Source: Caldisphaera sp.
Lineage (GTDB): Archaea; Thermoproteota; Thermoprotei_A; Sulfolobales; Acidilobaceae
DNA length: 64,000 nt
Direction of reading: 5' to 3'
Assembly: GCA_049971805.1 (NCBI GenBank)
Contig: JBMFKU010000005.1
Location: 13,882-77,881 of the forward strand
Part shown: piece by piece, positions 9,384-20,868 of the stretch
Layout of the letters: each line of letters opens with the position of its first letter
Position numbering within the stretch: the stretch's first letter is position 1
Translations under genes and position numbers: made by a program
The notes under the pieces: model-generated
What the model saw: only the letters and a program-made list of their open reading frames with translations
Database searches by the model: none
Told to the model about the DNA's origin: nothing

Positions 9384-10991
9384 ATGTCTGCTAAGTTTGT
9401 GTTTGTAACAGGTGGAGTGATGTCAGGAATTGGCAAAGGAATAGTATCAGCTAGCACAGGACTTCTATTAAAATCTAGAGGTTACAATGTTGGGATAATT
9501 AAAATAGACCCTTATCTAAATGTTGATGCTGGAACAATGAGTCCCTATGCACATGGAGAAGTATATGTAACGGCCGATGGTGGAGAAACGGATCTAGATT
9601 TAGGTCATTATGAGAGATTTCTTGGAATAAATTTGAGTAAAAAGCATAATATTACAACGGGGCAAATTTATTATAATGTAATAACGAAAGAAAGAAAAGG
9701 CGAATATCTCGGTAAAACAGTGCAAATAATTCCTCATATAACAGATGAAATAAGAGAAAGAATAACTTCAGTTGCAAAAGAAACTGGAGTAGATGTTATG
9801 ATAATAGAAATAGGAGGTACCGTGGGAGATATTGAAGGTCTACCATTCTTGGAATCAGCTCGACAAATGTGGATAGATATGGGATCAGAAAATGTTCTAT
9901 TCGTTCATGTTGCTTTAACACCTATTTTATCAGCAACTGGGGAACAAAAAACAAAACCAGTCCAACATAGCGTGCAGGAATTAAGGAGAATAGGAATCCA
10001 ACCTAATATTGTTATTGCAAGAAGTAGTAGACCATTAGAAGAAGAATCAAAATATAAAATTGCTTTATTTGCAAACCTACCAAGGGATTCAGTTTTTAGT
10101 GATCATGATACAACTACACCTTATGAAGTACCATTACTGCTAGAAAGCCAAGGATATGGAAAGCTATTGATAAAAAAACTTGCATTGGAAGACAGAGATC
10201 CTGATTTGGCTCCTTGGGAAAGTTTTGTAAACAAATTAAAAAATTTGAGTAATGAAGTTCCAATAGCTATGATTGGGAAATATACAAAACTTAAGGATAG
10301 CTATATAAGCATATCAGAAGCTTTAAAAAGTGCAGGAGTTGCTACAAATATATTACCAAAGCTAATTTGGGTTGAAGCAACAGATATAGAAAACAATAAA
10401 ATAAACGTGGAAGATGTGCTATCTAATATAAAGGGAGCAGTTGTATTACCTGGATTTGGTGCTAGAGGCACTGAAGGAAAAATTAAAGCTATCAAATATC
10501 TTAGAGAAAACAATATACCTACATTAGGAGTCTGTTTTGGCATGCAACTCTCTATCGTAGAATATGCAAGAGATGTTATAGGACTTAAGGATGCCAACTC
10601 TACAGAAATAAATCCAAACACACCTTATCCAGTTATTGATCTTTTGCCAAGCCAAAAAAACCTTGAGCGTTTAGGAGGAACTATGAGGTTAGGAGAAGAA
10701 AAAATAAGAATTGAAAGAAACACGATGGTTTACAGTCTTTATAATAAGGAATACGTATATGAAAGACATAGACATAGATATGAGGTTAACTTAAAATATT
10801 TAAATAAGCTAATAGAATATGGAATTAAGATTAGTGGATGGAGCCAGCAAGGATTGGTAGAATTTATAGAACTTTCTAAAAAAGACCATAGATTTTTTAT
10901 AGGAACACAACCTCACCCAGAATTTACTAGCAGGCCATTGAATCCAAATCCCTTATATATGGGTTTAATGAAAGAAGCTTCTATAACTTAA
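9384..10991 (+). CDS. pyrG: CTP synthase
   Basis: [36 protein letters not shown]. Confidence 0.98.
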   Translation: MSAKFVFVTGGVMSGIGKGIVSASTGLLLKSRGYNVGIIKIDPYLNVDAGTMSPYAHGEVYVTADGGETDLDLGHYERFLGINLSKKHNITTGQIYYNVITKERKGEYLGKTVQIIPHITDEIRERITSVAKETGVDVMIIEIGGTVGDIEGLPFLESARQMWIDMGSENVLFVHVALTPILSATGEQKTKPVQHSVQELRRIGIQPNIVIARSSRPLEEESKYKIALFANLPRDSVFSDHDTTTPYEVPLLLESQGYGKLLIKKLALEDRDPDLAPWESFVNKLKNLSNEVPIAMIGKYTKLKDSYISISEALKSAGVATNILPKLIWVEATDIENNKINVEDVLSNIKGAVVLPGFGARGTEGKIKAIKYLRENNIPTLGVCFGMQLSIVEYARDVIGLKDANSTEINPNTPYPVIDLLPSQKNLERLGGTMRLGEEKIRIERNTMVYSLYNKEYVYERHRHRYEVNLKYLNKLIEYGIKISGWSQQGLVEFIELSKKDHRFFIGTQPHPEFTSRPLNPNPLYMGLMKEASIT

Positions 10992-11091
10992 ATACATAAA
11001 TTTTAAAAATATAAATTTATTATCTTTATTGCCAGAGAATTTAGTTAAATTATAAAAACTTTATTTACCGTATTACCTGTGGTGAACAAAA

Positions 11092-11694
11092 ATGCAAATA
11101 CCTTTGGATAAAATATGCGTTAAAAGCGGTATGCTATGTCCTAATTGCCAAGCAAAGATCGATAAAGGACTTTATGAAAAATGGGAAGTTGATGTTATGA
11201 GGGCTCTTTTAGAATTAGAAGATAAGATGAAAGAAGTTAAGGAAATCAATTACAAAAAATCCATAATATTCGATAAAAAGCTTTATATATTTGTTGAGAA
11301 TTTAAGTTCGCATAGGCATGAATTAGAGAAAATTTTGGAAAAGAAATTAGAAAAATTAGGCATTGAAAAAGTTGCTCTTATAGAATATACCAATAACCCA
11401 AAGGAATTAATTTATAGACTCTTAAATCCCATAGAAATTAAATCGGCTAATATCTATTATAGCCCTGATGGAGGCATTTATTATGTTATAAAAATACCTA
11501 ACTATGAGAAAGGAAAGCTAGAAAATTTGCAAGAACCTACTAAAAGGATCTTTAAGTTACTAACAAAAAACGATGTTTATTTTGAACTTACAGAAGAAAG
11601 AAAAACTATAAAAATAAATGATAACAACGAAGAGGAAAAGATAAATCAACATATAGATACAGAAAAATTAAATAAGCTTCTAAAACAACTATAA
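11092..11694 (+). CDS. NusA-like KH protein with N-terminal Cys cluster
   Basis: IPLDKICVKSGMLCPNCQ is typical of the archaeal NusA paralogue. Confidence 0.7.
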   Translation: MQIPLDKICVKSGMLCPNCQAKIDKGLYEKWEVDVMRALLELEDKMKEVKEINYKKSIIFDKKLYIFVENLSSHRHELEKILEKKLEKLGIEKVALIEYTNNPKELIYRLLNPIEIKSANIYYSPDGGIYYVIKIPNYEKGKLENLQEPTKRIFKLLTKNDVYFELTEERKTIKINDNNEEEKINQHIDTEKLNKLLKQL

Positions 11695-11703
11695 AAATTT
11701 TTA

Positions 11704-12750
11704 TTAAAACCAATTATCTAATCTTGCTTGCTTTGACTTAATAGAGTCCTTAAAGGATTTCCTAAGCCTTTCAAGTGCTTTCCTAACTCTATCTTCGCTA
11801 AAATTATGACCATCAACCAACATTGATACAATTTTTCCTTCATCAGGTTCTTTCCATTCTATTTTGTAATTATCAGCAGATGGAGGTTCTAAAAAATAAT
11901 TATAAATCTTTATAGGATCAACCTCTCCCCAATCTGTTTTAAGACTTTCTATCGCCTTTATAGGATCTTGATAGTTCTTAACATAACGCAATGCAGTCTT
12001 TGGACCATAGCCTTTTATTCCATCAGGATTAAAATCAGTTCCTAATAACAATCCAATTACTATTAATTGTTCTCTAGTAATACCCAATAGTTTTAACATA
12101 TCTGATAGATTTATTATTTCTGGTTTTATATCTATATATTCATCTCTATTAGGTAATTTTCTTTTACCTGTTATAGCTAGGTTTCTAACAAGCTTCGGAG
12201 AACCAAACAATAGGCTATCGTAATCTTGGCTACCTGCAGCATATACATCTCCCTTTTTGGCCATATAAGCCGCTTGAGCTTCCCCATCTGCAGGTGCCTG
12301 TACCCAAGGTATCCCCATATATGATAATAAATTCTTAGCATCACTAACCATATTACTTAATAATTCTGTAGAGGCCTGTGCATATTTTCGTGCTTCTTCT
12401 ATATTTCCTTCTTGTTTTGCTTTTTCATATTTTTCAGCATATTGCCTTCTTCTACTTATCCTATCTTCTATTTCTCTTCTTTTCATTTCTGGGGGCTTTC
12501 CATCAAAAACATATATAGGCTTTATACCCTCTTCAATAAGATTAATAGTTCTATAAAATAGTCCACTCAAATGGCTAGTAACATTACCTTTGGAATCTAT
12601 TAGGGGGGTTCCATCAGGTTGTCTTATAGCTGCTAAAAATTGATACAATATGTTATAGCCATCTAATGCAATCGAGTAGCCTTTTAATGATTTTAATTCG
12701 ATATCTTGCTTTGCTTGTTCTGGGACCAAGTCTTTTAAATTAACTCCCAA
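11704..12750 (-). CDS. fen: Flap endonuclease 1
   Basis: MGV start, YQFLAAIRQPDG, SQDYDSLLFG, C-terminal PIP box QARLDNWF. Confidence 0.97.
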   Translation of the reverse strand: MGVNLKDLVPEQAKQDIELKSLKGYSIALDGYNILYQFLAAIRQPDGTPLIDSKGNVTSHLSGLFYRTINLIEEGIKPIYVFDGKPPEMKRREIEDRISRRRQYAEKYEKAKQEGNIEEARKYAQASTELLSNMVSDAKNLLSYMGIPWVQAPADGEAQAAYMAKKGDVYAAGSQDYDSLLFGSPKLVRNLAITGKRKLPNRDEYIDIKPEIINLSDMLKLLGITREQLIVIGLLLGTDFNPDGIKGYGPKTALRYVKNYQDPIKAIESLKTDWGEVDPIKIYNYFLEPPSADNYKIEWKEPDEGKIVSMLVDGHNFSEDRVRKALERLRKSFKDSIKSKQARLDNWF

Positions 12751-12806
12751 AAACTATCACCGAGTTATTTTAATACAAAGTAAAGTGTTTTAATTTTTCG
12801 TTCTTA

Positions 12807-13079
12807 TTATTGCTCGGAGGAGATATTTCTTTCTGCATCGCTCTTAAAAACAAGCTTTATTAGTCTGTCCTCCTTTGTACTTGAATTAACCGATACATAA
12901 CCCAATATTTCTAGCTTAATAAGGATTTTAATCAAATCGGCAGGAGATATTTCATAATTTTGCCTAGATAAATAAGATATTATTTCTTTATCGGAAACAG
13001 GCATCTCGCCATTTTTTGTTAATTCCTTTAATGCATCATAAACTAAATTTAAATATGGTGACTCAACCCAAATACTCAT
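12807..13079 (-). CDS. Small winged-helix protein in the cdc48-fen operon
   Basis: 90 aa, wHTH pattern LIKILIKLEILGYVSV. Confidence 0.65.
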   Translation of the reverse strand: MSIWVESPYLNLVYDALKELTKNGEMPVSDKEIISYLSRQNYEISPADLIKILIKLEILGYVSVNSSTKEDRLIKLVFKSDAERNISSEQ

Positions 13080-13090
13080 TTTTGCACCCC

Positions 13091-15295
13091 TTAATAAGTG
13101 ATTGAAGTTGAAGTAGATTTTCCTAAGCTAACTTGCCTTGCTGTGTCTAACCATCTCATATAGTAATCTATCATATATTGAGTAACGCTTGGCTTCACCT
13201 TTACTAAAGCTGTATCAAAGTGTTTCTTTCTAACTATTCCATTCTGCAAATCTTCTCTCAAAGCATGCATTGCGGCTTCTCTTACCAATGCTGCTAAATC
13301 AGCACCAGTATAACCATTTGTTCTTTTTGATATATCAATTAAATCAACATCATCTGCTAATGGTACAGTCCTTGTGTGTATCTGCAATATCTCTAACCTA
13401 CTTTTTTCTTCGGGTGGTGGAACATAAACCAGTTTTTCTAGCCTACCAGGTCTAATTAATGCTGGATCAACCATTTCCGGTCTATTAGTTGCTGCTATAA
13501 CAACAACATTTTGTAAATCTGTTATACCATCTATTTCTGTTAATAATTGGCTTACTATTCTTTCCCCAACTCTAGTACCTTCATCAAAACCTCTAAGTGC
13601 TGCTATAGCATCTATTTCGTCGAAAAACACTACTGCGGGAGCATATTGTCTAGCTTTCTTAAATATTTCTCTTATTGCTTTTTCGCTTTCTCCAACCCAT
13701 TTGCTTAATACTTCTGGACCCCTTATTGCTATGAAGTTTGCCCCGCTTTCTGTTGCAACTGCCTTTGCAAGCAATGTCTTCCCAGTACCTGGAGGGCCAA
13801 ATAACAAAACACCCTTTGGAGGTTCAATACCTATTCTCTTAAATGAATTAGGATATTTTAAAGGCCATTCAACCACTTCTCTTAATTCCTGTTTAATACC
13901 TTCCAAGCCCCCTATATCATCCCAATGAACTTCTGGTATCTCTACCTGGATCTCCCTTAAACCGCTTGGAGTTATATCTTTAAAAGCTGAAATAAAGTCA
14001 TCCATTGAGACAACCATTTTTTCTAGGACTTCAACAGGAATTTTTTCTTGTTCTACATCTATTTCTGGTAAATATCTTCTCAAAGCATGCATTGCAGCTT
14101 CTTTTACCAATGCTGCTAAATCAGCACCAGTATAACCTTTAGTTATTTCAGAAAGTCTTTCTGTATCAACGTCATTGGATAAAGGCATATGCCTTGTATG
14201 TATTTGCAGTATTTCAAACCTTCCTTGCTTATCTGGCAATGGTACTTCAATCTCCCTATCGAATCTACCAGGCCTTCTTAAAGCAGGATCTACGGCATTT
14301 GGCCTATTTGTTGCCCCAATTACTATAACTTGCCCCCTGTTTTCTAGGCCATCCATAAGAGCTAATAGTTGTGCAACAACCCTTCTTTCAACTTCTCCTA
14401 CTACCTCATCTCTTTTTGGAGCTATAGCATCTATTTCATCAATAAATATTATTGCTGGCGCATTTTTCTTGGCTTCTTCAAATATCTCTCTTAATCTCTG
14501 TTCGCTTTCCCCATAAAACTTGCTCATTATTTCTGGACCATTAATTGCAACAAAATAAGCATCGCTTTCTGTTGCAACTGCCTTTGCAAGCAATGTCTTC
14601 CCAGTACCTGGAGGGCCAAATAACAAAACACCCTTTGGAGGTTCAATACCTAATCTTGCAAAAAGCTCTGGGTGCCTTAAAGGCAACTCAACTAGTTCCC
14701 TAATTCTAGCAACTACTTCTCTCAAACCTCCTATATCTTCATATGTTATCTTAGGAACGTTTATTTGAGCCATCGGTTTTTCTAATATATCAACAGAAGT
14801 TTTTTCTCCTATTATAACTGGTCCTCTTGGTCTTGTATCTATAACTGATAATTGCACAGCCTGTCCTATCACCGGAACAACTATTACATCCCCTTCCACG
14901 ATTGGGGTGCCAACTAGCTTTTTCTTAACATATTTCTTAAATCCTTCATCAACAGATATAGAATGAACTGTTGGAGCCAGTTTTACTTTTACAGCCTGTT
15001 TTGGTATTGCTTTTCTAATTATTACTTTATCTCCTATGTTAATATCTGCATTCTTTCTTAGAATACCATCCATTCTTACTATATCCAATCCTTGATCTTC
15101 AGGTAAGGCTGGCCATACTACAGCTACTGTTTTCTTTTTACCTTCTATTTCTACTATATCTCCTGGCTCCACACTAAGCTGTTTCATTATATCTACATCT
15201 ATCCTAACCCTTCTTTTTCCTGAGTCTCTAGGTCTTGCTTCTGAAACCCTTAGCACAACCTCCTTTGAGTTATTCGATTGGTTTTCTTCTGACAT
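13091..15295 (-). CDS. cdc48: Cdc48/VCP AAA+ ATPase
   Basis: N-domain plus two AAA domains (GPPGTGKT twice), C-terminal Tyr; start at ATG 15295. Confidence 0.97.
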   Translation of the reverse strand: MSEENQSNNSKEVVLRVSEARPRDSGKRRVRIDVDIMKQLSVEPGDIVEIEGKKKTVAVVWPALPEDQGLDIVRMDGILRKNADINIGDKVIIRKAIPKQAVKVKLAPTVHSISVDEGFKKYVKKKLVGTPIVEGDVIVVPVIGQAVQLSVIDTRPRGPVIIGEKTSVDILEKPMAQINVPKITYEDIGGLREVVARIRELVELPLRHPELFARLGIEPPKGVLLFGPPGTGKTLLAKAVATESDAYFVAINGPEIMSKFYGESEQRLREIFEEAKKNAPAIIFIDEIDAIAPKRDEVVGEVERRVVAQLLALMDGLENRGQVIVIGATNRPNAVDPALRRPGRFDREIEVPLPDKQGRFEILQIHTRHMPLSNDVDTERLSEITKGYTGADLAALVKEAAMHALRRYLPEIDVEQEKIPVEVLEKMVVSMDDFISAFKDITPSGLREIQVEIPEVHWDDIGGLEGIKQELREVVEWPLKYPNSFKRIGIEPPKGVLLFGPPGTGKTLLAKAVATESGANFIAIRGPEVLSKWVGESEKAIREIFKKARQYAPAVVFFDEIDAIAALRGFDEGTRVGERIVSQLLTEIDGITDLQNVVVIAATNRPEMVDPALIRPGRLEKLVYVPPPEEKSRLEILQIHTRTVPLADDVDLIDISKRTNGYTGADLAALVREAAMHALREDLQNGIVRKKHFDTALVKVKPSVTQYMIDYYMRWLDTARQVSLGKSTSTSITY

Positions 15296-15531
15296 AAGGC
15301 GCACCCTTCTCCATAAATTTGCTATATACCAGAGCCTTTAAATAAGCAACATATATAAAATTTTAAAAATTTTTAATTTTTATTTTAATTATTTAATAAA
15401 TTTTATTAATAAAACTATATTTTATAAAGAAAATTTAATATATATTTATTTTAATTATTTAATATAACAATATATGGCAATATTTATTTAACCCATGTTT
15501 AATAATATATTAAGCACAGAGGAGAGATGGT

Positions 15532-15777
15532 TTGCCTGAAACTCAAAAGGTTGATATCAAGAATGATAGTGTCTATCATATAAATTGGGATGCATCCACA
15601 GATGCAAACTATGTAAAAAAGGAACTTGTAAATGCCTTTAGAGCAAGGGCAAAAAGAGTTATTATACATGTTTATAATTCTCAAGAATATGAATACTTTG
15701 AAAAGCTTAGAGAATTTTTAGGTGAATTTATATCGCAGACTATAATTATTGTTAGAGAACAATCTAATCATGGGTGA
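15532..15777 (+). CDS. Small hypothetical protein, likely co-transcribed with the ring synthase
   Basis: 81-aa ORF with GGAG RBS, ends 4 bp before the next start. Confidence 0.55.
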   Translation: MPETQKVDIKNDSVYHINWDASTDANYVKKELVNAFRARAKRVIIHVYNSQEYEYFEKLREFLGEFISQTIIIVREQSNHG

Positions 15778-15781
15778 GAAT

Positions 15782-17338
15782 ATGGTTTATGATGTGGTTA
15801 TAACAACCGATAGAACTATGATGAGTGATCATCATAAACATGAATTTTTAGGATTTATGACCACAGGACCAGCAATTGGCATGCCTGAGAGCATATGGAA
15901 ATGGATTGCAGCACCTAAACCTAAAGTTGATAAACTGGGAAGGCCAAAGGTTGCAACATATGGACTAAGAAAAATAGAAGCGGCGTTAATAAATGCTGGA
16001 ATAAATGCATCAGTTATTGATCCAGATCATATAAACAAACACATAGATACAGTAAAGGTAATCATGATTGGCCATCATGACTTTTTTGCCTATGGACCCC
16101 CAAGTAGTGAATGGTGGACTATAACTGGGAAGGAACCTATAAATAGAGTTTCTTTTAGAAAATTTATGGAAAGCCCATCGATGCAAAAGGCCAGAGAAAA
16201 AGGTGTAAAAATAATTGTAGGAGGACCTGCTGCATGGCAATGGTTATGGTCCCTTGATGAATGGAAAAAATGGGGGGTTTCAACTGTAGTAGATGGAGAA
16301 GCCGAAAATGTCTCAGTAGAGCTTGTTAAAAAAGCATTAAAGGGAGAAGAGCTACCAGATTATGTTTTTATTGGCCCTAATGATGTACCATCACTTAATG
16401 AAATTCCCATAATAAAGCATGCAAGCGTTAATGGGTTAGTAGAGATAATGAGAGGTTGTCCAAGAGGTTGTAAGTTTTGTAGCGTAACATTAAGACCATG
16501 GAGATCAATACCTCCAGAAAAGGTTATAGAAGAAATAAAGGTTAACCTAAACGAAGGTGTAGATCAAATATTGTTACACAGTGAAGACGTGTTTTTATAT
16601 TATGCAGATGGTATAAGACCTCAGCCAGAAAAGCTAATTAAGTTACATTCTACTATTAGGGAAATGTCTTCTTTGCCTATTGCATGGTCACATGCAAGCC
16701 TAGCAGCAGTTAAATATGCCGAAGAAACTCATAAATTAGTTTCTAAGTTAACAGATATAATGTACAGCGGAGACCAAGACTTCTTAGGAGTAGAGATTGG
16801 ACTAGAAACTGGGAGCGTTAAGTTAGCTAAAAAAATAATGCCAGCAAAATCAGCACCATATGCTGCGGAAAATTGGCCTGATATTGCAGAATCTGCATTC
16901 TCGATCCTAGCAGATCATTACATAATACCAGCTGTTACCTTAATAATAGGTCTGCCAGAGGAAGAGCCTGACGATGTAATGGCTACAACAGAGCTGGTAG
17001 AAAGATTAAGACCATATAGAAGCCTAATAGTGCCAATGTTTTTTGTTCCTATGGGGGTTTTAAAGAACAGAGATTGGTTTAAGAAAAACTTACTTAGAAG
17101 AGAGCACATCGAATTACTTAAAGTAACATTAAATCATAGCGCCTATTGGGCAAAAGATATTGTAAGTAAGTTCTACATTAAAGGTTTTCAATATGGTCCT
17201 GTAAGATTCCTTTTAAATTATCTTGTTGATTACATACAGAAAAAGGCTAATGCTGCTGCGAAAGAAGTTGAAAGGTATTGGGAAGAAAATGAGAAAAATA
17301 ATGTTGCCATAATCTCGCAAACTTCTACAATTGCTTAA
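15782..17338 (+). CDS. grsB: B12-binding radical SAM protein, GDGT ring synthase (GrsB-like)
   Basis: CPRGCKFC motif; N-terminus ITTDRTMMSDHHKHEFLGF..GPAIG resembles Sulfolobus GrsB as I recall it; about 520 aa. Confidence 0.7.
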   Translation: MVYDVVITTDRTMMSDHHKHEFLGFMTTGPAIGMPESIWKWIAAPKPKVDKLGRPKVATYGLRKIEAALINAGINASVIDPDHINKHIDTVKVIMIGHHDFFAYGPPSSEWWTITGKEPINRVSFRKFMESPSMQKAREKGVKIIVGGPAAWQWLWSLDEWKKWGVSTVVDGEAENVSVELVKKALKGEELPDYVFIGPNDVPSLNEIPIIKHASVNGLVEIMRGCPRGCKFCSVTLRPWRSIPPEKVIEEIKVNLNEGVDQILLHSEDVFLYYADGIRPQPEKLIKLHSTIREMSSLPIAWSHASLAAVKYAEETHKLVSKLTDIMYSGDQDFLGVEIGLETGSVKLAKKIMPAKSAPYAAENWPDIAESAFSILADHYIIPAVTLIIGLPEEEPDDVMATTELVERLRPYRSLIVPMFFVPMGVLKNRDWFKKNLLRREHIELLKVTLNHSAYWAKDIVSKFYIKGFQYGPVRFLLNYLVDYIQKKANAAAKEVERYWEENEKNNVAIISQTSTIA

Positions 17339-17457
17339 TTTTTGCTTAAAAATTTTTATTAATTTTATATTTATAGTGGTAATTACTAAATTATTTATAT
17401 ATTTTCTTTTACGCTATTGTTGAAAACTAGCATTTAGTAGGATTCGAGTGAATAAGC

Positions 17458-18423
17458 TTGATGAAAATCAACAAAAAAGCATTGCTAATGCTAATAATAT
17501 TAATCGGCTTAATGATGGCAATATTTAGCATACTATCAGGAGGATTTTTTAAGGCTATTATAATTTTATCCCAAGGAGGCTACGGATTGTTATATTCTTT
17601 AATATTAATATTTGCATCAGAAATTGTTAAATCTCTAAGATATTATTTTTTGGCAAAAAGAAATGGTTATAAACTTAAACTAAAAAATTCTATTATAGTT
17701 CAACTGACTGGATTTTTTGGCGGAATAATTACACCAGCTAACTTAGGAGGAATAGCATCAGGTGCATCAGTTCTAGCATCATATACTAACATCTCTCTAG
17801 GCGAAGCCTTAGGATATGCATCCATACAATCATTCTATGATGGTATAATCCCGGCTTTAATTTCATTAACAATATCATTGTATTACTTGCCAGAATCGAT
17901 TTTGGCATTTTTAATTTCTATTGCAATAATAACAATTTGGATTGCAGCCTTCAACAAAAGAGTTAAAGATTCTTTAATTCTATTAACAAGAAAAATTTTA
18001 AGAAACAAATACTCTGATAACTTGGAAAAAGAAATCAATTTATTCCAGAGCTCATTAAAGATCATTAAAAAAGATTTATTATTATCTTTTTCCTTGTTTT
18101 TAATCACTATAGTATCTTATCTCATACAAATTATATCAATATTTGTTTTATTTTTAAAATTCAATTTTTTAACTTTATTCATATCCTTAATGTTTTATTA
18201 TGTAATGGCATCATTTCCCACACCTGGAGGGGAAGGAGGTGTAGAATACGGATTATCAATAACATTACCAATGCATATAGTAATAGAGTGGAGAACCGTT
18301 TATGTGATCAGCGCATTGCTATCAGGTTTGATTTCACCCATTTCTATAAAAAGAATGAAAAATTACGATATAACTAAAAGCATAGCATTTCAGAGCAAAG
18401 ATAATAATAAGGTCTCTTCATAA
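17458..18423 (+). CDS. Flippase-like / lysylphosphatidylglycerol synthase TM-family (UPF0104) membrane protein
   Basis: ITPANLGG, PTPGGEGGVE, EWR motifs; hydrophobic. Confidence 0.8.
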   Translation: MMKINKKALLMLIILIGLMMAIFSILSGGFFKAIIILSQGGYGLLYSLILIFASEIVKSLRYYFLAKRNGYKLKLKNSIIVQLTGFFGGIITPANLGGIASGASVLASYTNISLGEALGYASIQSFYDGIIPALISLTISLYYLPESILAFLISIAIITIWIAAFNKRVKDSLILLTRKILRNKYSDNLEKEINLFQSSLKIIKKDLLLSFSLFLITIVSYLIQIISIFVLFLKFNFLTLFISLMFYYVMASFPTPGGEGGVEYGLSITLPMHIVIEWRTVYVISALLSGLISPISIKRMKNYDITKSIAFQSKDNNKVSS

Positions 18424-18617
18424 AGACAAAGAACCTATGGGCTGTTAAGGGTTTATGGTTTATTTCTATTTATTCATTATTGATTATTACCATTTAAGAT
18501 AAATATTTTTAAAATTTAAAACGAAAAGAAATTGATAAATCCATGAAACAAAGCTTTTAAAACCATTTGTTTCTATTTAAAATCTCTGAAATTTAAGCTA
18601 AAAACAGGGGAAAGAAA

Positions 18618-19367
18618 TTGGATGAAAATAACAAAAAAATAGTAATAACACCACCAACACATCCAATGTTTATATCAATTTACTTAATAGGTGGAATAAT
18701 CATTGCTCTTTTAGCCTTTAAATTTCCAGTTTACATAGCTCAATCTTCATATTTAAGTTATGCCATAATATTGGGAATTATTTCAGCCATATTAATAATT
18801 TTAAGTCCAGCCCTAAGCTTTGTAAACCTAATTGTTAAAACAATTAATACTGGAATGATAGAAAATGTATTGGAGTTAGAGTATGTTGATTTCTTTGGTG
18901 TCCCTATACCTGTTCCAAGGGTTGCTTATAGGGAAGCAAAGATGATGATAGCAGTTAATTTGGGAGGCGCTATAGCTCCATTAGCTATTTCTATCATATT
19001 ATTTATATTAATGACTGATTCCCCATTTTCTCATATATTTTATGAAGCTGTAGTGGTTTCGTTGATAATAAATACCATTGCTACTTATTTTTTGGCTAGA
19101 CCTATAAGAGGCGTTGGAATTGCTGTTCCTGCATTTATACCTCCAATAATAGCAGCAATTAGTTCAATTCTCATAGCTGGCTTAGGACCGGCGGCAGCAT
19201 CAGCAGCATATATAAGCGGATCGATGGGAAGCTTATTAGGAGCTGATATCATTCATTTAGCAAAAGAGCCTGAAAAAATATTTGCACCTTTGGTTAGCAT
19301 TGGGGGAGCAGGTATTTTTGATGGAGTATTTATTACTGGTCTTATAGCATTTGTATTAGCCTTTTAA
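18618..19367 (+). CDS. DUF1614 family membrane protein
   Basis: AVNLGGAIAP, LLGADI, SIGGAGIFDGVF. Confidence 0.85.
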   Translation: MDENNKKIVITPPTHPMFISIYLIGGIIIALLAFKFPVYIAQSSYLSYAIILGIISAILIILSPALSFVNLIVKTINTGMIENVLELEYVDFFGVPIPVPRVAYREAKMMIAVNLGGAIAPLAISIILFILMTDSPFSHIFYEAVVVSLIINTIATYFLARPIRGVGIAVPAFIPPIIAAISSILIAGLGPAAASAAYISGSMGSLLGADIIHLAKEPEKIFAPLVSIGGAGIFDGVFITGLIAFVLAF

Positions 19368-20366
19368 ATTTATGTCTACTTCAAAAATTGACATTTTTGG
19401 ATTATACTCTAATACCTTCCTATAAGAACCGACTTCAAAATTTCTCTCGCACCTAAAATCATTTTTTATCCTACTAATCAGGTTTGAGTCATTATAATCT
19501 AATAAATATAAATATATCGTAGCTTCATTCTTTGCCAATTTACAGGCTGCCTCTAAAAATTCTAATGATTTAGTCGGATTATTCATAATTATTTTATCAA
19601 ACCTTGCTTTAATAATATAATTTAAATGCAAAGAATCTGCCCTTAAGAAATTAACTATTCCTCTAAGAATTTTTTTATTAATACTGTAATTTAATGAAGC
19701 TAACGATATTGCATATGGATTCAAATCGACAGCAACTATATTAGATTTTTTCAGCTTTGCAATATTAAGGGCAAAACCCCCAATGCCTGTAAACATGTCC
19801 AATATATCTTCATTATCATTTATTAAATTTGCAATCCTATAATGTTCATTAGATAGCCTTGGATTTATGTAAGCCTTTAAAACATCAACATAAAACCTTA
19901 TTCCATTTTCTCTATAAAGGGTATATGTTTTTTCTTCTCCATATAATAGAACCAATCTTGGTGTTCTATATTCACCCCCTGTATTAATCTTAGCATAAAC
20001 CGATTTTATTTTAGGATTCATATAAGAAATCTTTACAGCAGCTTTCTTTAATAAATCCATATTATTATTATAATTTATAATAGCTATGTCACCAATTATC
20101 ATATAGCTAGAAATTCCAGGAACCTCTTTATTCAATCTTTTTATTTTATATTTATATTCATCAAAGCTTTCATTGCATATCTGAGCAAAAATTGATTTTT
20201 GATCTAAAATTATTTTTGCTCTTTCGCTATTATTAACAGGCAAGAAAATATATCTATCCGATGTTTTAGGCTTTAGATTGCTTAATAGCAAATTTTCTTC
20301 TTTTAGTATATTAATAGCTTTTTGGCCATCAGTTTTATTAATACTTATACACTGAGCACTATCCAT
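19356..20366 (-). CDS. Trm5/Met-10 family tRNA methyltransferase
   Basis: IGDIAI, YRENG, DMFTGIGGF SAM-binding motif. Confidence 0.85.
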   Translation of the reverse strand: MDSAQCISINKTDGQKAINILKEENLLLSNLKPKTSDRYIFLPVNNSERAKIILDQKSIFAQICNESFDEYKYKIKRLNKEVPGISSYMIIGDIAIINYNNNMDLLKKAAVKISYMNPKIKSVYAKINTGGEYRTPRLVLLYGEEKTYTLYRENGIRFYVDVLKAYINPRLSNEHYRIANLINDNEDILDMFTGIGGFALNIAKLKKSNIVAVDLNPYAISLASLNYSINKKILRGIVNFLRADSLHLNYIIKARFDKIIMNNPTKSLEFLEAACKLAKNEATIYLYLLDYNDSNLISRIKNDFRCERNFEVGSYRKVLEYNPKMSIFEVDINLKG

Positions 20367-20457
20367 ACCTTCCTTCTCCTCTCTTAATGAAATGTTTTCC
20401 GAAATCTATAGGATTGTCTGATAAATAAGTAAATACTCTCAAATTATAATAAAATAT

Positions 20458-20781
20458 GGTAGGCCAGGATAGCGGCTCACGGGTCTAATGACCTGAGGAA
20501 ACACCGCCCTCTCGGTGGCAACCAGGCCTTGTAAGAGGCTGGGGTGAGACCTCAGGCAACGGCACAGAAACGATGGGCCTCCGTTAGATGTTGATGATAT
20601 GGTAAGGCCTTCTGGGCAACTAGAAGGCAGCAATCCATTGAAATATAACGGAGGATGCTATGAAACGGCCGATCCCTGGTGGAGCAAGGCATGGGGGTTA
20701 TGAGGAGCCACGCAAGCCCCTAATTCCGCCGCAGAGTCAAATGCCGCATTAACAAAAGGCGGGTTATTATCCTGGCCTACC
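20458..20781 (+). ncRNA. rnpB: RNase P RNA
   Basis: P1 stem GGTAGGCCAGGATAG/TTATCCTGGCCTACC; GAGGAAAC..CC, ACAGAAA, AACAAAAGGCGGGTTA conserved regions. Confidence 0.95.
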
Positions 20782-20868
20782 TCTATCAAAACTTTTATTA
20801 ATTAAAAATTGAAGGGTTTTCTTATTTTTTTATAAACTTAGAATATCATAAGCAATAATGAAATACTG

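Noticed and set aside
18388-18480. Minus-strand ATGAAGA...CTGA as a C/D sRNA
   Set aside because: Only one box pair, an AT-rich guide and no terminal stem
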